Assembly: GCA_963765495.1 (NCBI GenBank)
Contig: CAVXWP010000009.1
Location: 704,001-768,000, forward strand
Origin: Blastocatellia bacterium
GTDB taxonomy: Bacteria > Acidobacteriota > Blastocatellia > UBA7656
Length of the DNA: 64,000 bases
Reading direction: 5' to 3'
Shown here: positions 19,613 to 29,838 of the stretch, piece by piece
How positions within the stretch are numbered: the first letter of the stretch is position 1
Layout of the letters: each line of letters opens with the position of its first letter
Notes under the pieces: model-generated
Seen by the model: only the letters and a program-made list of their open reading frames with translations
Databases searched by the model: none
What the model was told of the DNA's origin: nothing
Made by a program: the position numbers and the translations under genes

Positions 19613-21660
19613 GGTGTGGGGGTTCCGCCCGTTGCGCGGCGGGTCTTAAGCGATGTGCGCTCGCGCATGCGCAATTGCCACTTGCTTGCGGACGTGTCTT
19701 CTTCCTCGAAATCGCCAAACGCTTCCTTGAGGCTCTCGCCTCCGGCCTGCCGCGCCTTCACGTAAAGGAAAGCCGTCATAATTGAGAGAAGCGGCAAGAG
19801 AAACATGTTGGTCAGCGTCTTTATCATCTGAGCGATAGCCATAACTATACCGGATATCTGCTGACGATCCATATTTATCGTGAAGCGCTCTATCAACCAG
19901 GTGGTGACATTAGACACAACAGTAGGGATGGCAAATTGAATCAAAATCACAATAATAACGGTGGCCATCGCCCGGCGAGTCAGTTCCTTAGATCGTTTCA
20001 ACGCTGCCCTGCCCTTTTTATTCTCTATCATCACAACAGGCGCGACCAGAAAATAATATATCAGGGCCAGAAAGCCGGGGACGATGAGCAGGAATCCCAG
20101 TATAACGCGCAGCATTACAATCGTAATCGCAAAGATCATAGAACGCAGTCGCTTCTTTGTAATCAGAAACGCGGAGCGGAGTTGTAAAGGGCGGAGCGGA
20201 GCGACTATTAGTTGTATGACTATTCTCACGCTCATGCCCGAAATTATTGCCGAAGCAAAGAAGCTGGAAATCACCAGAAGCAGCATAATCACGCCTCCCA
20301 GTATCATTCCAGGCGTAGGCGAAAGGGTTTTCTTCTTTGCCAGCACTACATCGAGCAGGAATAAAATGTTTAAGGCGATTACCGGAAGATGCACAAGAAG
20401 CGAGATGCGAAAAAATGTCGGAAAATGCTCGCTATAAAGCGCAAACGACCGGCGCAGAATAGCGCCCGCTCCATCGGCGCTCGCGCGCAATGCGTTTGCG
20501 AAGGCGGCGGCGCTTGCGGGGCGGTCGTCCGGTTTTTTCGCAAGCGCCGACATCACTACCGAAGCGACTTTCTTGGGTATCTTTTTATGTTGCTCTCTGA
20601 GCGGCGGCGGCGGCGCTTCGATGTGAAGCCGCATCATCTCGTACGGGTCGCCTGTAAACGGCGTCTGGCCGCAGAGCATCTTGTAGCCGATCACGCCCAG
20701 ACTGTAAACATCCGAGCGCGGATCGAGCGGTTTGCTGTCGCACTGTTCGGGCGACATGTAAAGCGGCGTCCCGAGAATCGAGCCTACGCGGGTCAGCGCG
20801 CCAGACGACGCGCCGCTCGCCGGTCCGCTCTCGCCCTTCCCGGACTCAGTCGTCGCCGGGTCGTCGAGCGCATACGTAAGTTCGTCTTCGGAAACAGACG
20901 CAGGTTGCAGGCGAGTCGCTGCCTCGCCCGTATGAGTGTCATTCCCCAAATCGAGCGTGTCATTCCCTAAGTCGAGCGTGCGAGGTTCGAGAAGTTGTGT
21001 CTTCTCTTCCTCATCCGCCCCGGATAGCGCAATAGTTTCGGCCTCGAAAAATTCGTCTCTGACAGAGAGCGCGAGCGATGAGGCTTCGTGTAAAGAATCA
21101 GGGTCGCCCGGCGCGGCATCCTCATTCGATTCAAAGGGCGCGGAATCGGCCAGTTTTGCCAGGCCGAAATCGAGAACTTTCACCGTATAGCCGCCGCGCC
21201 TGTTTGGTTCAAGCCAGATATTATCGGGTTTGAGGTCCCGATGTATTATGCCCATTTGATGAGCTTCATTGACGGCCGAGCAGACCTGATCGAGAATATC
21301 GACCACCCACAGGAGCGGCAGGCGACTATCTTCGGCCAGAATTTCGGCCAGCGTACAGCCGTCCAAATATTCCATCACCAGATAGGCGACACGCTCTCGC
21401 CCTACGGCGGCAAATCCAAAATCGGTTACATTGACCACATTGGGATGACGGAGCCGCCCGGCGGCTTTCGCCTCGCGCCGGAAACGCTCGACAAACTCAT
21501 CTTGATTCATGAATTGCGGGGTGATGACCTTGACGGCTACGGGGCGGTCCGTGCCTACGTGGGTGGCCAGATAGACTGCGCCCATGCCGCCTTCGCCCAG
21601 GCGTTTATCTATCAGGTACTTTTCATCGAGCACCTGCCCTATCAGATGCTGTAATGCCAT
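19609..21660 (-). CDS. Hanks-type Ser/Thr kinase with long activation-loop insert and C-terminal multi-TM domain
   Basis: LGEGGMGAVY, VAVK, HRDLKPDN, DFG, GTPLYMSPE, SDVYSLG. Confidence 0.9.
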   Translation of the reverse strand: MALQHLIGQVLDEKYLIDKRLGEGGMGAVYLATHVGTDRPVAVKVITPQFMNQDEFVERFRREAKAAGRLRHPNVVNVTDFGFAAVGRERVAYLVMEYLDGCTLAEILAEDSRLPLLWVVDILDQVCSAVNEAHQMGIIHRDLKPDNIWLEPNRRGGYTVKVLDFGLAKLADSAPFESNEDAAPGDPDSLHEASSLALSVRDEFFEAETIALSGADEEEKTQLLEPRTLDLGNDTLDLGNDTHTGEAATRLQPASVSEDELTYALDDPATTESGKGESGPASGASSGALTRVGSILGTPLYMSPEQCDSKPLDPRSDVYSLGVIGYKMLCGQTPFTGDPYEMMRLHIEAPPPPLREQHKKIPKKVASVVMSALAKKPDDRPASAAAFANALRASADGAGAILRRSFALYSEHFPTFFRISLLVHLPVIALNILFLLDVVLAKKKTLSPTPGMILGGVIMLLLVISSFFASAIISGMSVRIVIQLIVAPLRPLQLRSAFLITKKRLRSMIFAITIVMLRVILGFLLIVPGFLALIYYFLVAPVVMIENKKGRAALKRSKELTRRAMATVIIVILIQFAIPTVVSNVTTWLIERFTINMDRQQISGIVMAIAQMIKTLTNMFLLPLLSIMTAFLYVKARQAGGESLKEAFGDFEEEDTSASKWQLRMRERTSLKTRRATGGTPTP

Positions 21661-21688
21661 TGGTTACACCATCAAAAGATTTGAGATT

Positions 21689-23521
21689 TCAGAAGTGGCT
21701 CGCGCCTTCTTCATCGATTGATACTTCTCTGGACGGGCGACCGGTGAGCCCGCCGTGGCAGACGGCCAGTTGCGCGATCACGGAAGCGTCATTGCCCGCG
21801 AGTTGCTGCGCGAGCAACAGAGCGCGGTCGAAATCCACGCGCGCAAGCACCGCGAGCGTACTCTCGAAATCGAGGTTGTTCAGTTCATCAGGCTTGAGGG
21901 GCCGCACGTTTGTTGACAAAGAGGCTATGATTGCGAGGCCCGAGACGGTCGGGAGTTTCTCGGGCGCGAGCAGATCGTTGATGGACTTCACGGCAGATTG
22001 CATAACCTCGAAGGCGCGCAACGGATCAAACTTCGCAAAGCTTGAAACCACGGTCAGCAGCGCCTGAGCGCGAGCGATTGAAGGGCGGGCGCGAAGGGCC
22101 TCGCCTTCGGCATCGTTCAACAATTCGGCGGCGCGCACCCTGTCGCTTGAGGCAAGCGCGGCCCCGGCAAGTCGCACAAGCGCTCCCACGCGCGCGGTGT
22201 CGTCTTCGATACGCTGCGCAACCGAAACGGCATCGTCTATGTGGCCCTCGGACGTCTGGCGGCGCGCTATCTGCGCAAGCACGCGGTCGCGCATTTCGGC
22301 GTCTGAAATCTGCGAAGCCGAAGACTGCGCTTCGCCCACTTCGCCTTTTGCAAGCCACGCGAGCGCCGCCCGCGCATAAAGCGAGTTGCGCTCTTCGGTG
22401 TCGGGATTCAACCTGGCTTCGCGCACAATATCATTGGGTGTAGGCGCTCGCGGTTCGATCATGCTCAGATCGACTACGCGGTCGGTGGCGCTCTCCTGGC
22501 TCATCTCGGCTATCCTGCGTTGCAGTTCGGAGAGCCGGTTCGGCAGATAAAGAGCGAACAACTCCAGAAGCTGGCGACCCACGAAATAGGCCGCCGCCGA
22601 TTGATCGGAATTGCTGCCGGGCCTGTCTCGCTGCATCAACTGATTGAATGCGAGACTCAGGAATCTTGTTATGAGAGATTTATCTATCGAGCCTGTGGCG
22701 TTTGTTCCGGCCGTCGAGATCAGATAAGAGCCGAGCGTGTGGATGTCGCTCAGATCAATCTGAGACGCACGCTGGAGCCGGGCCACGGCGCTTGAAAAGA
22801 GGAGGTCAGCCAGTCCGTGGTCCACTGCGCGCATCAACAGAAGCAGACGTGTGAAATTGGGCGAGATGCCAAATGAAAGGCTCAACTGTCCCAGTGTCAT
22901 CGCCCGATGAGGCTCGCGCTCGACCACCTGTAACGCAACGCCTATCAATGCTTCGCGCTGATCGGCTCCGCCTCGCGTCGAAACGGTGACAAAAGAAGCC
23001 CCCGCATCCGATGAGGCCCGGCCTTCTGAGTCATGCGCGGCTGGCGGGGCGTTGTTTTCGTTCACCGTGTTGAAAGCAAGTGCGCGGGCGAGGTCTTCGG
23101 CCAGTTCCGCATCGCAATCCGCTATTTGATTGAGCAAATCCGTGCGTAGTTGCTGCCTTTCGTCCGCCGTCAAATCATTACCGCTATCTTTTCGCGAAAC
23201 GCTTGCGCCCTCCTCATCACCCGCGCCGCGCTCAACCGGCGCGGGCGGAGAGAGAGAGTCAAAGGCGCGACCGAAGATAGCGCGGGCAGCGGCCCGGTCG
23301 TAAGGCCACAGCAGGGTAGCCGCCTGAGCCTGAGCGCGCACGGCGAACGCGAGATCATCCGATTGTCGAGCCTGATCCGCAAGATGAGAGAGCAGGAATA
23401 CGATTCGCGAGTTTAGGTCACCGCCTTCGGGCAGGCGCGTGCTTTGAGCGTTGAGCGGCGCAACGCCCAGAGCGATGACAGCAATAGCGATTATGAGATT
23501 TCTAAACACGCTGCCAACCAT
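21689..23521 (-). CDS. secreted alpha-helical repeat (TPR/HEAT-like) hypothetical protein
   Basis: Signal peptide; Ala/Leu-rich helical repeats; start ATG 23521. Confidence 0.7.
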   Translation of the reverse strand: MVGSVFRNLIIAIAVIALGVAPLNAQSTRLPEGGDLNSRIVFLLSHLADQARQSDDLAFAVRAQAQAATLLWPYDRAAARAIFGRAFDSLSPPAPVERGAGDEEGASVSRKDSGNDLTADERQQLRTDLLNQIADCDAELAEDLARALAFNTVNENNAPPAAHDSEGRASSDAGASFVTVSTRGGADQREALIGVALQVVEREPHRAMTLGQLSLSFGISPNFTRLLLLMRAVDHGLADLLFSSAVARLQRASQIDLSDIHTLGSYLISTAGTNATGSIDKSLITRFLSLAFNQLMQRDRPGSNSDQSAAAYFVGRQLLELFALYLPNRLSELQRRIAEMSQESATDRVVDLSMIEPRAPTPNDIVREARLNPDTEERNSLYARAALAWLAKGEVGEAQSSASQISDAEMRDRVLAQIARRQTSEGHIDDAVSVAQRIEDDTARVGALVRLAGAALASSDRVRAAELLNDAEGEALRARPSIARAQALLTVVSSFAKFDPLRAFEVMQSAVKSINDLLAPEKLPTVSGLAIIASLSTNVRPLKPDELNNLDFESTLAVLARVDFDRALLLAQQLAGNDASVIAQLAVCHGGLTGRPSREVSIDEEGASHF

Positions 23522-23567
23522 ACCGCGAATGTACCACAGCACGTCGCGAGCGGGGAACCCCCGCTCG

Positions 23568-23697
23568 GAGGGATGAGGGATGAGGGATGAGGGATGAACC
23601 CGGATATCAGGCGATTCTCGCTCATCCTCCAGGGGGTGATCAGATTACAAAAGAATCTGATCCGCGTTCATCCGCCCGATCCGCGCCCGTCCGTGGG
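23568..23697. repeat. (GAGGGAT)4 heptamer array followed by an ATCCGC-type nonamer array
   Basis: 23568-23597 gagggat x4; 23659-23697 gatccgcgttcatccgcccgatccgcgcccgtccgtgg. Confidence 0.75.
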
Positions 23698-23752
23698 CAA
23701 TTCCCGCTCGCCTTTCGTTCATATGGATTTCTATCAGCCATTGACGACGGGG

Positions 23753-25570
23753 TTATTCGCCGCCGGAGTAAAGCGATTCGATCAGCGCCCGGTTCTTCTC
23801 TTCCACTACACGACGGCGCACCTTGAGCGTTGGCGTTAGCTCGCCTCCATCTATCGAAAACTCTTCCGCCAACAGCGCCACCCGCTTGACTTTTTCATAG
23901 TCGGCAAGCCCGCGCGTCAGGTCACTCACCTCAGACTTAAACAGATCCAGCACGCGCTTGTCGGCTACGAGTCTCTTTTTATCCGTGCTCTCGATCCCCT
24001 GCGATTTGGCCCAGGCCCGTAGCCGCTCGAAAGCCGGGACGATGAGCGCGGATACATATTTGCGTTTATCGCCTACGATGATAACCTGCTCGACAAACTC
24101 GCTTTGTAGAAGTTTGCCTTCGATCATCTGCGGCGCGACGTATTTGCCCGCAGATGTCTTTATCAAATCCTTCTTGCGGTCGGTGATGAATAAGAAGCCG
24201 TCCCGGTCAAAACGGCCTATGTCGCCGGTCTTGAACCACCTTTCGGAGCCGGTTGCCCCCTCTTCGGCAAAAGCGACTGCCGTCTCTTCGGGCTTCTTAA
24301 AATATCCCTGAAAGACGTGGGGGCCGCGTGTAAGTATCTCGCCGTCTTCGGCGATCTTCACCTCATAGCCGGGCAAGGGATGTCCAACCGAGCCTATGCG
24401 ATTTTGTTCAAGCGTGTTTACGGCGATCACGGGCGAGGTCTCAGTCAACCCGTACCCTTGCAGCACGGGTATTCCTACCCCGGCGAAAAAGAGAGCCATA
24501 TCAGGCGAGAGCGCCGCGCCTCCCGATACCATTCGCTTTATGCGTCCACCCACGGCTTCGCGCAGCTTGCTGAAGACCAGATGGTCTGCAATCTCGTGCT
24601 GAAATTCCAGCAGCGGCGGCACGCGCTCGCCGGAGGACTCCATTGCGACCCGGCGACGCCCTACATCCTGCGCCCAGTCGAATAGTCGTTTCCTGAATCT
24701 GCCCCGGTCGGATGCGGCCTTTTGCATGCGGCCATAGATTTTTTCAAGCAGGCGCGGAACCGTGGACATCAACGTAGGCTGCACCTCGCGCATGTCGGCG
24801 GCCACGGTTTCGACTCCGCCCGCGTAGTTTATCTGCACGCCGCAATGCAGGCACAGATATAAAACCATGCGCTCGAATATATGCGAGAGCGGCAAAAATG
24901 AAAGCATAAGATTGTCGGGTTCGATCCCCAGGTATGAACCCGCGACAACGGCGTTCGAGACTATATTCGAGTGCGTCAGGACCGCGCCTTTCGGCTCGCC
25001 CGTTGTGCCCGAAGTGTAGATGATCGAAGCCGTATCGGTGGCCTTCACATCTGAGCAGATCAAATCGTAAGCCTCGGGCCGGGCGGCGGCTGTCTGCCCG
25101 CCTTTCTCTTCAAGAGCCTCGAAAGATGTGACATTTTCGCCGTTTTCAACCGCCTGAAAAGTGACGATGCGCAAATCTGGAAAGCGTTTGAGCGCATCGG
25201 CCACGCGGCGGATTTGCCGAGAGGTCGATATAAACAGCAGCTTCGGCTCCGATTCGCGGAGGATGTATTCGACCTGACTGGCGGACTGGGTAGGATAGAT
25301 GGGGACATTTATCGCGCCGTTTGAAAGAATGGCGTAATCGCTGATCGTCCACAGAGGCCCGCCTTCGGCGAGAATCGCCACGCGGTCGCCTTTTCGTATT
25401 CCGAGGTCGTAGAGGCCGAGCGCGACATTGCGAACTCGTTCGAGCAGTTGCTCGGACGAAATGCCGAGCCACACCTTGTCGTGTTTGTACCTGAGCGCCT
25501 CGTGATGAGGGCGGGCCGCGACCGCGTTCTTGAGCAGTTCGACTAAAGTCTCTGGCTTAGAATTTTCCAT
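23753..25570 (-). CDS. fadD: long-chain-fatty-acid--CoA ligase (AMP-binding)
   Basis: YTSGTTGEPKG, LPLSHIFER, GYGLTETS, FKTGDIG, ELTPTLK. Confidence 0.88.
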   Translation of the reverse strand: MENSKPETLVELLKNAVAARPHHEALRYKHDKVWLGISSEQLLERVRNVALGLYDLGIRKGDRVAILAEGGPLWTISDYAILSNGAINVPIYPTQSASQVEYILRESEPKLLFISTSRQIRRVADALKRFPDLRIVTFQAVENGENVTSFEALEEKGGQTAAARPEAYDLICSDVKATDTASIIYTSGTTGEPKGAVLTHSNIVSNAVVAGSYLGIEPDNLMLSFLPLSHIFERMVLYLCLHCGVQINYAGGVETVAADMREVQPTLMSTVPRLLEKIYGRMQKAASDRGRFRKRLFDWAQDVGRRRVAMESSGERVPPLLEFQHEIADHLVFSKLREAVGGRIKRMVSGGAALSPDMALFFAGVGIPVLQGYGLTETSPVIAVNTLEQNRIGSVGHPLPGYEVKIAEDGEILTRGPHVFQGYFKKPEETAVAFAEEGATGSERWFKTGDIGRFDRDGFLFITDRKKDLIKTSAGKYVAPQMIEGKLLQSEFVEQVIIVGDKRKYVSALIVPAFERLRAWAKSQGIESTDKKRLVADKRVLDLFKSEVSDLTRGLADYEKVKRVALLAEEFSIDGGELTPTLKVRRRVVEEKNRALIESLYSGGE

Positions 25571-25735
25571 TTGATTTATCCGGGTGCTGAAAGTGCTGAA
25601 ACGGAAAGCGGGGCCATTTTAATCGGCTAAAGGCAATCTGTAAATCCCAGTTTGGTGAAGAAAGTGTGGCAACGAAAGCCAGGGGGAAAAAGCCGCAGGC
25701 AGGGCTATTCAGTTTTCCAACATGTAGAGTAGTAA

Positions 25736-25774
25736 AATTGAAATAGGCCGCGGAATCCGCGGCCTATTTCAATT
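25736..25774 (-). terminator. 39-bp palindrome, likely intrinsic terminator
   Basis: aattgaaataggccgcgga-a-tccgcggcctatttcaatt downstream of the Cys/Met PLP enzyme. Confidence 0.65.
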
Positions 25775-25818
25775 CGCCTTTCGTTCAAATGCATTTCCAT
25801 CAGGCTCCATAAATTGAT

Positions 25819-26976
25819 TCAACTCTTCAGGGCCTGATCCAGGTCTTCGATCAGTTCATCGGTCGCCTCTATGCCCACAGACAGACGCACAAGGCTGTCG
25901 GATATGCCAAGCCGCGCGCGGTCTTCTGCCGACATTCCAGCGTGTGAAGTGGTTGAAGGCCGCGTGATGAGCGTCTCTACTCCGCCAAGGCTCGGCGCGA
26001 TGATAGGGATGGTGATGCGGCGCATAAAAGCTTCGGTGGCCTCGATGCCTCCGTTCAACTCAAAACTCAGCATCCCGCCGAATCCATCGAAGAGTTCGCG
26101 GGCGCGCTGATGCGCGGGATGGCTTTCAAGACCGGGATAGTTGACCCGCGCTATTGAAGGGTGCCGTTCCAAAAACTGTGCGACTGCAAGCGCGCTCCTG
26201 TTCTGATAGGCGACCCTGAGCGCGAGCGTCTTCATACCGCGATGAAGCAGAAAGGCCGCGTGCGGGTCGAGCGAGCCGCCCAGATGATCGAGCTTGCGCT
26301 TGATCTTTTCTATCAAATCCGCACGTCCAATGCACGCGCCCGCAACGATGTCCGTGTGACCGTTCAGGTACTTTGTGCAACTGTGCACGGAGAGGTCGAA
26401 GCCCATCTCAGAGGGCCGGAAATTCACGGGGCTTGCAAAGGTATTATCTATGATCGAAATCAGATTATGACGGCGCGAAAATTCGACCACGGCCTTGAGG
26501 TCGGCAATCTCTACGAGGGGATTCGAAATGGTTTCCACGTAAACGGCGCGCGTCTCGGGGCGAAGCTTCTCTTCCCACGAGAGCGGCGCATTGCCGTCTA
26601 TGAAATCGAAATTGATGCCGAACGAGGCGAAATCCTTAGTCAGAAAATCGTGCGTGCCTCCGTAGAGACAGTCTTGAGCGAGAAGGTGCTCGCCGGAAGA
26701 AAGCAGCGCAAGCAGCGCCGAAGAGATCGCCGCCATCCCGCTTGCGCTGACGAGCGCGGCCTCGGCTCCTTCAAGCGCGGCAAGTTTCTGATGCAGAGCA
26801 ATGTGGTTGGGCGTGTTGTTGAGGCGAATATATCTGACATCGTGATAATCGCCTTCGCCCGTGTATTCGAACGTAGACGATTGAAATATGGGCAGGCTCA
26901 CGGCTCCGTTTATTCTCGGGTCAGGCTCGCCCGCGTGAATGAGTTTCGTTTCAAGGCGTTTAAACTGTCTCGTCAT
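25819..26976 (-). CDS. Cys/Met metabolism PLP enzyme (cystathionine gamma-synthase/methionine gamma-lyase family)
   Basis: ASGMAAI, YGGT, ETISNP, DNTFASP, HSCTKYLNGH, SLGGVE, RLSVGIE. Confidence 0.9.
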   Translation of the reverse strand: MTRQFKRLETKLIHAGEPDPRINGAVSLPIFQSSTFEYTGEGDYHDVRYIRLNNTPNHIALHQKLAALEGAEAALVSASGMAAISSALLALLSSGEHLLAQDCLYGGTHDFLTKDFASFGINFDFIDGNAPLSWEEKLRPETRAVYVETISNPLVEIADLKAVVEFSRRHNLISIIDNTFASPVNFRPSEMGFDLSVHSCTKYLNGHTDIVAGACIGRADLIEKIKRKLDHLGGSLDPHAAFLLHRGMKTLALRVAYQNRSALAVAQFLERHPSIARVNYPGLESHPAHQRARELFDGFGGMLSFELNGGIEATEAFMRRITIPIIAPSLGGVETLITRPSTTSHAGMSAEDRARLGISDSLVRLSVGIEATDELIEDLDQALKS

Positions 26977-27009
26977 AAATTGATTCTCCTTAGCTTGAGT
27001 CCTCGGATT

Positions 27010-27486
27010 TTATGCGGGCCAATCTCGAAGCAACTTGCGAGTTTGCACTACCTGTCCCAGATGATAGGCGTTGTGATCGGCTATCAACAGCAACTCTCGC
27101 AGATATGTATGCTCTTTGCCATGGGCGATTTTTGCCGTCAGGTCCACGCTTTCATCGAGCGCCAGATTGACGGCTTTTTCGAGGTCTGCAAAAAAGCCTT
27201 TGACGGTCGAGTCCCACATCTCTTCGGTCATGCTCTGGGGATCGGCGGGCCAGTACCCGGCGGGCCAGCCGGGCGATTTCCATTCGGGGTCGAGCGAGTA
27301 TTGCAAAATATCTTCCTGAGCTATACGCATGTGTTCAAGCTCTTCCCAGACGGAGTGCACACCCTCGGTCGGGCGCTTATTGCGAAGCTCGGGCGCGACA
27401 TCGGCAAGAGCATTTTCGGCGCTCGCGTGCGCCCCTTTCCCCCTGAGGAGCGCGGCCACGCTCTCGCGAAACACAGATTCGTTCAT
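27010..27486 (-). CDS. DinB family protein
   Basis: HSVWEELEHMRIAQ...WPAGYWP...DHNAYHLGQ. Confidence 0.85.
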   Translation of the reverse strand: MNESVFRESVAALLRGKGAHASAENALADVAPELRNKRPTEGVHSVWEELEHMRIAQEDILQYSLDPEWKSPGWPAGYWPADPQSMTEEMWDSTVKGFFADLEKAVNLALDESVDLTAKIAHGKEHTYLRELLLIADHNAYHLGQVVQTRKLLRDWPA

Positions 27487-27514
27487 CTCTCCACCCCCTC
27501 GGCAATGAATTATA

Positions 27515-27631
27515 CGTGAATCGTGAATCGTGAATCGTGAATCGTGATGCGTGACTTTCAGACGAATAGATTTTGCCGGTTAATTACAAATCTCAGGAAT
27601 CACGAATTACGCATCACGATTCACGATTCAC
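27515..27631. repeat. inverted heptamer array element (CGTGAAT)4 / (ATTCACG)n
   Basis: Left arm 27515-27554, right arm 27599-27631, adjacent to the SixA-like stop. Confidence 0.85.
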
Positions 27632-27634
27632 AGA

Positions 27635-28123
27635 TCATCCAAGCGTCTTTGGCGTCAGCAACCATTTTAGTCTGCCTGCGCCGTCTTCGACATCTTCCCA
27701 TCTATCAATCTGAAACTCTATGCACGCGAGCGCAGCCGTAGGCATCGCCTCGTCCTTGCCCGTAAGTCTTGCGACCAGGTTTTCGAAACCCGGATTGTGC
27801 CCCACAAGCAGGGCGCAGGCGCTCGTGTCGGGTATGTGTCGCACTACGGCCATCAACTCGGCTGACGTTGCGCCGTAGATCCCCTCTTCAAATTGCGGAG
27901 TGATGTCAAGAGCAGCCGCGGCGATCACGATTTCGATGGTTGCGCGCGCGCGCGCGGCAGGCGAACTGATTATGAGATCGGGCAGGATGCCGCTCTCTTT
28001 GAGAGCCTTCGCCATGCGCGGGGCCGCTTTGCGACCGCGCGGAGCAAGCGGCCTCTCAAAATCGCGGAGAGAAACGTCGTCCCAGCTCGATTTCGCATGC
28101 CGCAAAAGCATCAGGGTCTTCAT
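27635..28123 (-). CDS. sixA: SixA-like histidine phosphatase
   Basis: MKTLMLLRHAKSSW, DFERPL, SSPAARA, LLVGHNP; RBS ggagg. Confidence 0.85.
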   Translation of the reverse strand: MKTLMLLRHAKSSWDDVSLRDFERPLAPRGRKAAPRMAKALKESGILPDLIISSPAARARATIEIVIAAAALDITPQFEEGIYGATSAELMAVVRHIPDTSACALLVGHNPGFENLVARLTGKDEAMPTAALACIEFQIDRWEDVEDGAGRLKWLLTPKTLG

Positions 28124-28160
28124 CTTCGATCCCTCCTTAAAACAGTCCGGGTCTATCCGC

Positions 28161-29615
28161 TTACCTTCCCGGCGCGGCCTGTCCCGATTCGGCGCACAGA
28201 TGACGAACGATTCTATAAAGCAGTCTCGTGCCGTCGCGGAAGGCTTCAACCGGGATGTTCTCGTCATTGCCGTGGACGCCTGAAAAGGCATCGCTCGGTA
28301 TTAGAAAAGGCGAAAAGCCATAACAGACGATGCCCAGGTCGCGGAAGAAGTGAGAGTCGGTAAAACCCGCGAGCACCGTAGGCACGAACTCGGCCGAATG
28401 GTCTTCTCTGCGTATCACATCCGTGATTGCCCGGTACAATACGGTATCAAGCGGTGAATCGGTCGCGCCGAATGCCAGCAGGGTCTCGACCTGTATGTCA
28501 GGATCATCAATCACACGTTTGATCTCAGCGACAAAGTCATCGGGCTTCTCGCCCGGGAGCAACCGGCAATCGAGTTCGGCGGTGGCAACCGGGGCGATCA
28601 CGTTTGTCTTCGTGCCTATGGTGACAATTGTCGGCTGAATCGTGTTTGTGAGCAGCGCTGCGTTGTATTCGGTTGAGAGGATCATCAGCCGCAGTTTGGG
28701 GTCTTTTATCGCGGCGGCGATGTCGGAGTAAGCCAGTTTCATTTCGGGACTTGTTTGAGAGTCCGCGATTGCTTTGAAATAGCTTGCCACTGCCGGAGTC
28801 ACTTTAAGTTCCGGGCGGTATGCTTCCAGTTTTCCAAGCGCCCGAACCATTCGCGAAGGCGCGGAGTCGTGACGGGGTATGCTGCCGTGTCCGGGAGTGC
28901 CGCGCGTGGTCAGCCTCAACCAGCAGGGCGTCTTTTCCGTAGGCCCTATTCCGTAATAAACTACGCGGCCCTGATCTACGTAATTACTGCTCCCCTCGTT
29001 GAGCAGAAACTCGGCGTCTTTGATCAGCTCGGGGTGATTTTGCACAAACCAGCCCGCGCCCTGGCGTCCGCCCGCCTCTTCGTCGGCGGTCGCAAGAAAG
29101 ATCACGTCGCGGTCAAGCTGCACATTGCCTCGCTTCAGCAACACCATCGCCATCAATTCAGAGAGGCCGAGGCTTTTCATATCGAGCGCGCCGCGCCCGT
29201 AGAGGTCTCCGTTGCGAATCTCTCCGCTGAACGGATCAACGGACCAGAACCGTTTATCAGCCGGGACGACATCGGTGTGATTGAGCAGGATGAGCGGTCG
29301 CTTGCGGCCATTGCCTTTGAGCCTGGCATAGAGAGTACCGCGTCCCGGCGCGGATTCGAATACGCGATACTCGATTCCCTCCTTCTTGAGAATGGAGGCG
29401 AAGAAATCTACAGCCCGCACTTCGTTGCCGGGAGGGTTGGTAGTGTCTACGCGCAGGTAGTCGACGAGCAGGCCAACGGCCTCGTCGCCAGCCTTGCTCC
29501 AATCGGGCTCACCCGGATAAGCTGCCCGCCCCTGAGCCGTAACCATCTGCGATAAGGTAAGCAGCAGGATCAAGCCTCGCAGCCCCGCCTTTGATATCAT
29601 ATTTCCGTTTGCCAT
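28161..29615 (-). CDS. M20/M25/M40 metallopeptidase, secreted
   Basis: LLNHTDVVP, GRGALDMK, ADEEAGG, GHGS, HGNDE. Confidence 0.9.
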   Translation of the reverse strand: MANGNMISKAGLRGLILLLTLSQMVTAQGRAAYPGEPDWSKAGDEAVGLLVDYLRVDTTNPPGNEVRAVDFFASILKKEGIEYRVFESAPGRGTLYARLKGNGRKRPLILLNHTDVVPADKRFWSVDPFSGEIRNGDLYGRGALDMKSLGLSELMAMVLLKRGNVQLDRDVIFLATADEEAGGRQGAGWFVQNHPELIKDAEFLLNEGSSNYVDQGRVVYYGIGPTEKTPCWLRLTTRGTPGHGSIPRHDSAPSRMVRALGKLEAYRPELKVTPAVASYFKAIADSQTSPEMKLAYSDIAAAIKDPKLRLMILSTEYNAALLTNTIQPTIVTIGTKTNVIAPVATAELDCRLLPGEKPDDFVAEIKRVIDDPDIQVETLLAFGATDSPLDTVLYRAITDVIRREDHSAEFVPTVLAGFTDSHFFRDLGIVCYGFSPFLIPSDAFSGVHGNDENIPVEAFRDGTRLLYRIVRHLCAESGQAAPGR

Positions 29616-29690
29616 AATTTTGTGAATCTACCACGCAAGACTCGTACACGCAATGAAACGCCTCAGATCAGAAAGTGGCACAGAGACAGG

Positions 29691-29768
29691 CTTTGCGTAC
29701 TTCGCGTACTTTGCGGATTTGCGGAAACCTGCTGCCCGCTGAGACGCGAAGCAGCAAAGTACGCGAAG
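29691..29768. repeat. inverted nonamer array element (CTT(T/C)GCGTA)
   Basis: cttcgcgtactttgc (29700-29714) / gcaaagtacgcgaag (29754-29768), perfect 15 bp. Confidence 0.75.
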
Positions 29769-29838
29769 GATATATCCATTCTCGTCTAATCGTGGGCTAG
29801 ATTCGCCGCGCCTGCGTCTCACGTGGTAGGATGCGGAT

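Noticed and set aside
26161-27519. 452-aa plus-strand ORF
   Set aside because: Antisense shadow of the Cys/Met PLP enzyme and DinB genes; no recognisable motifs
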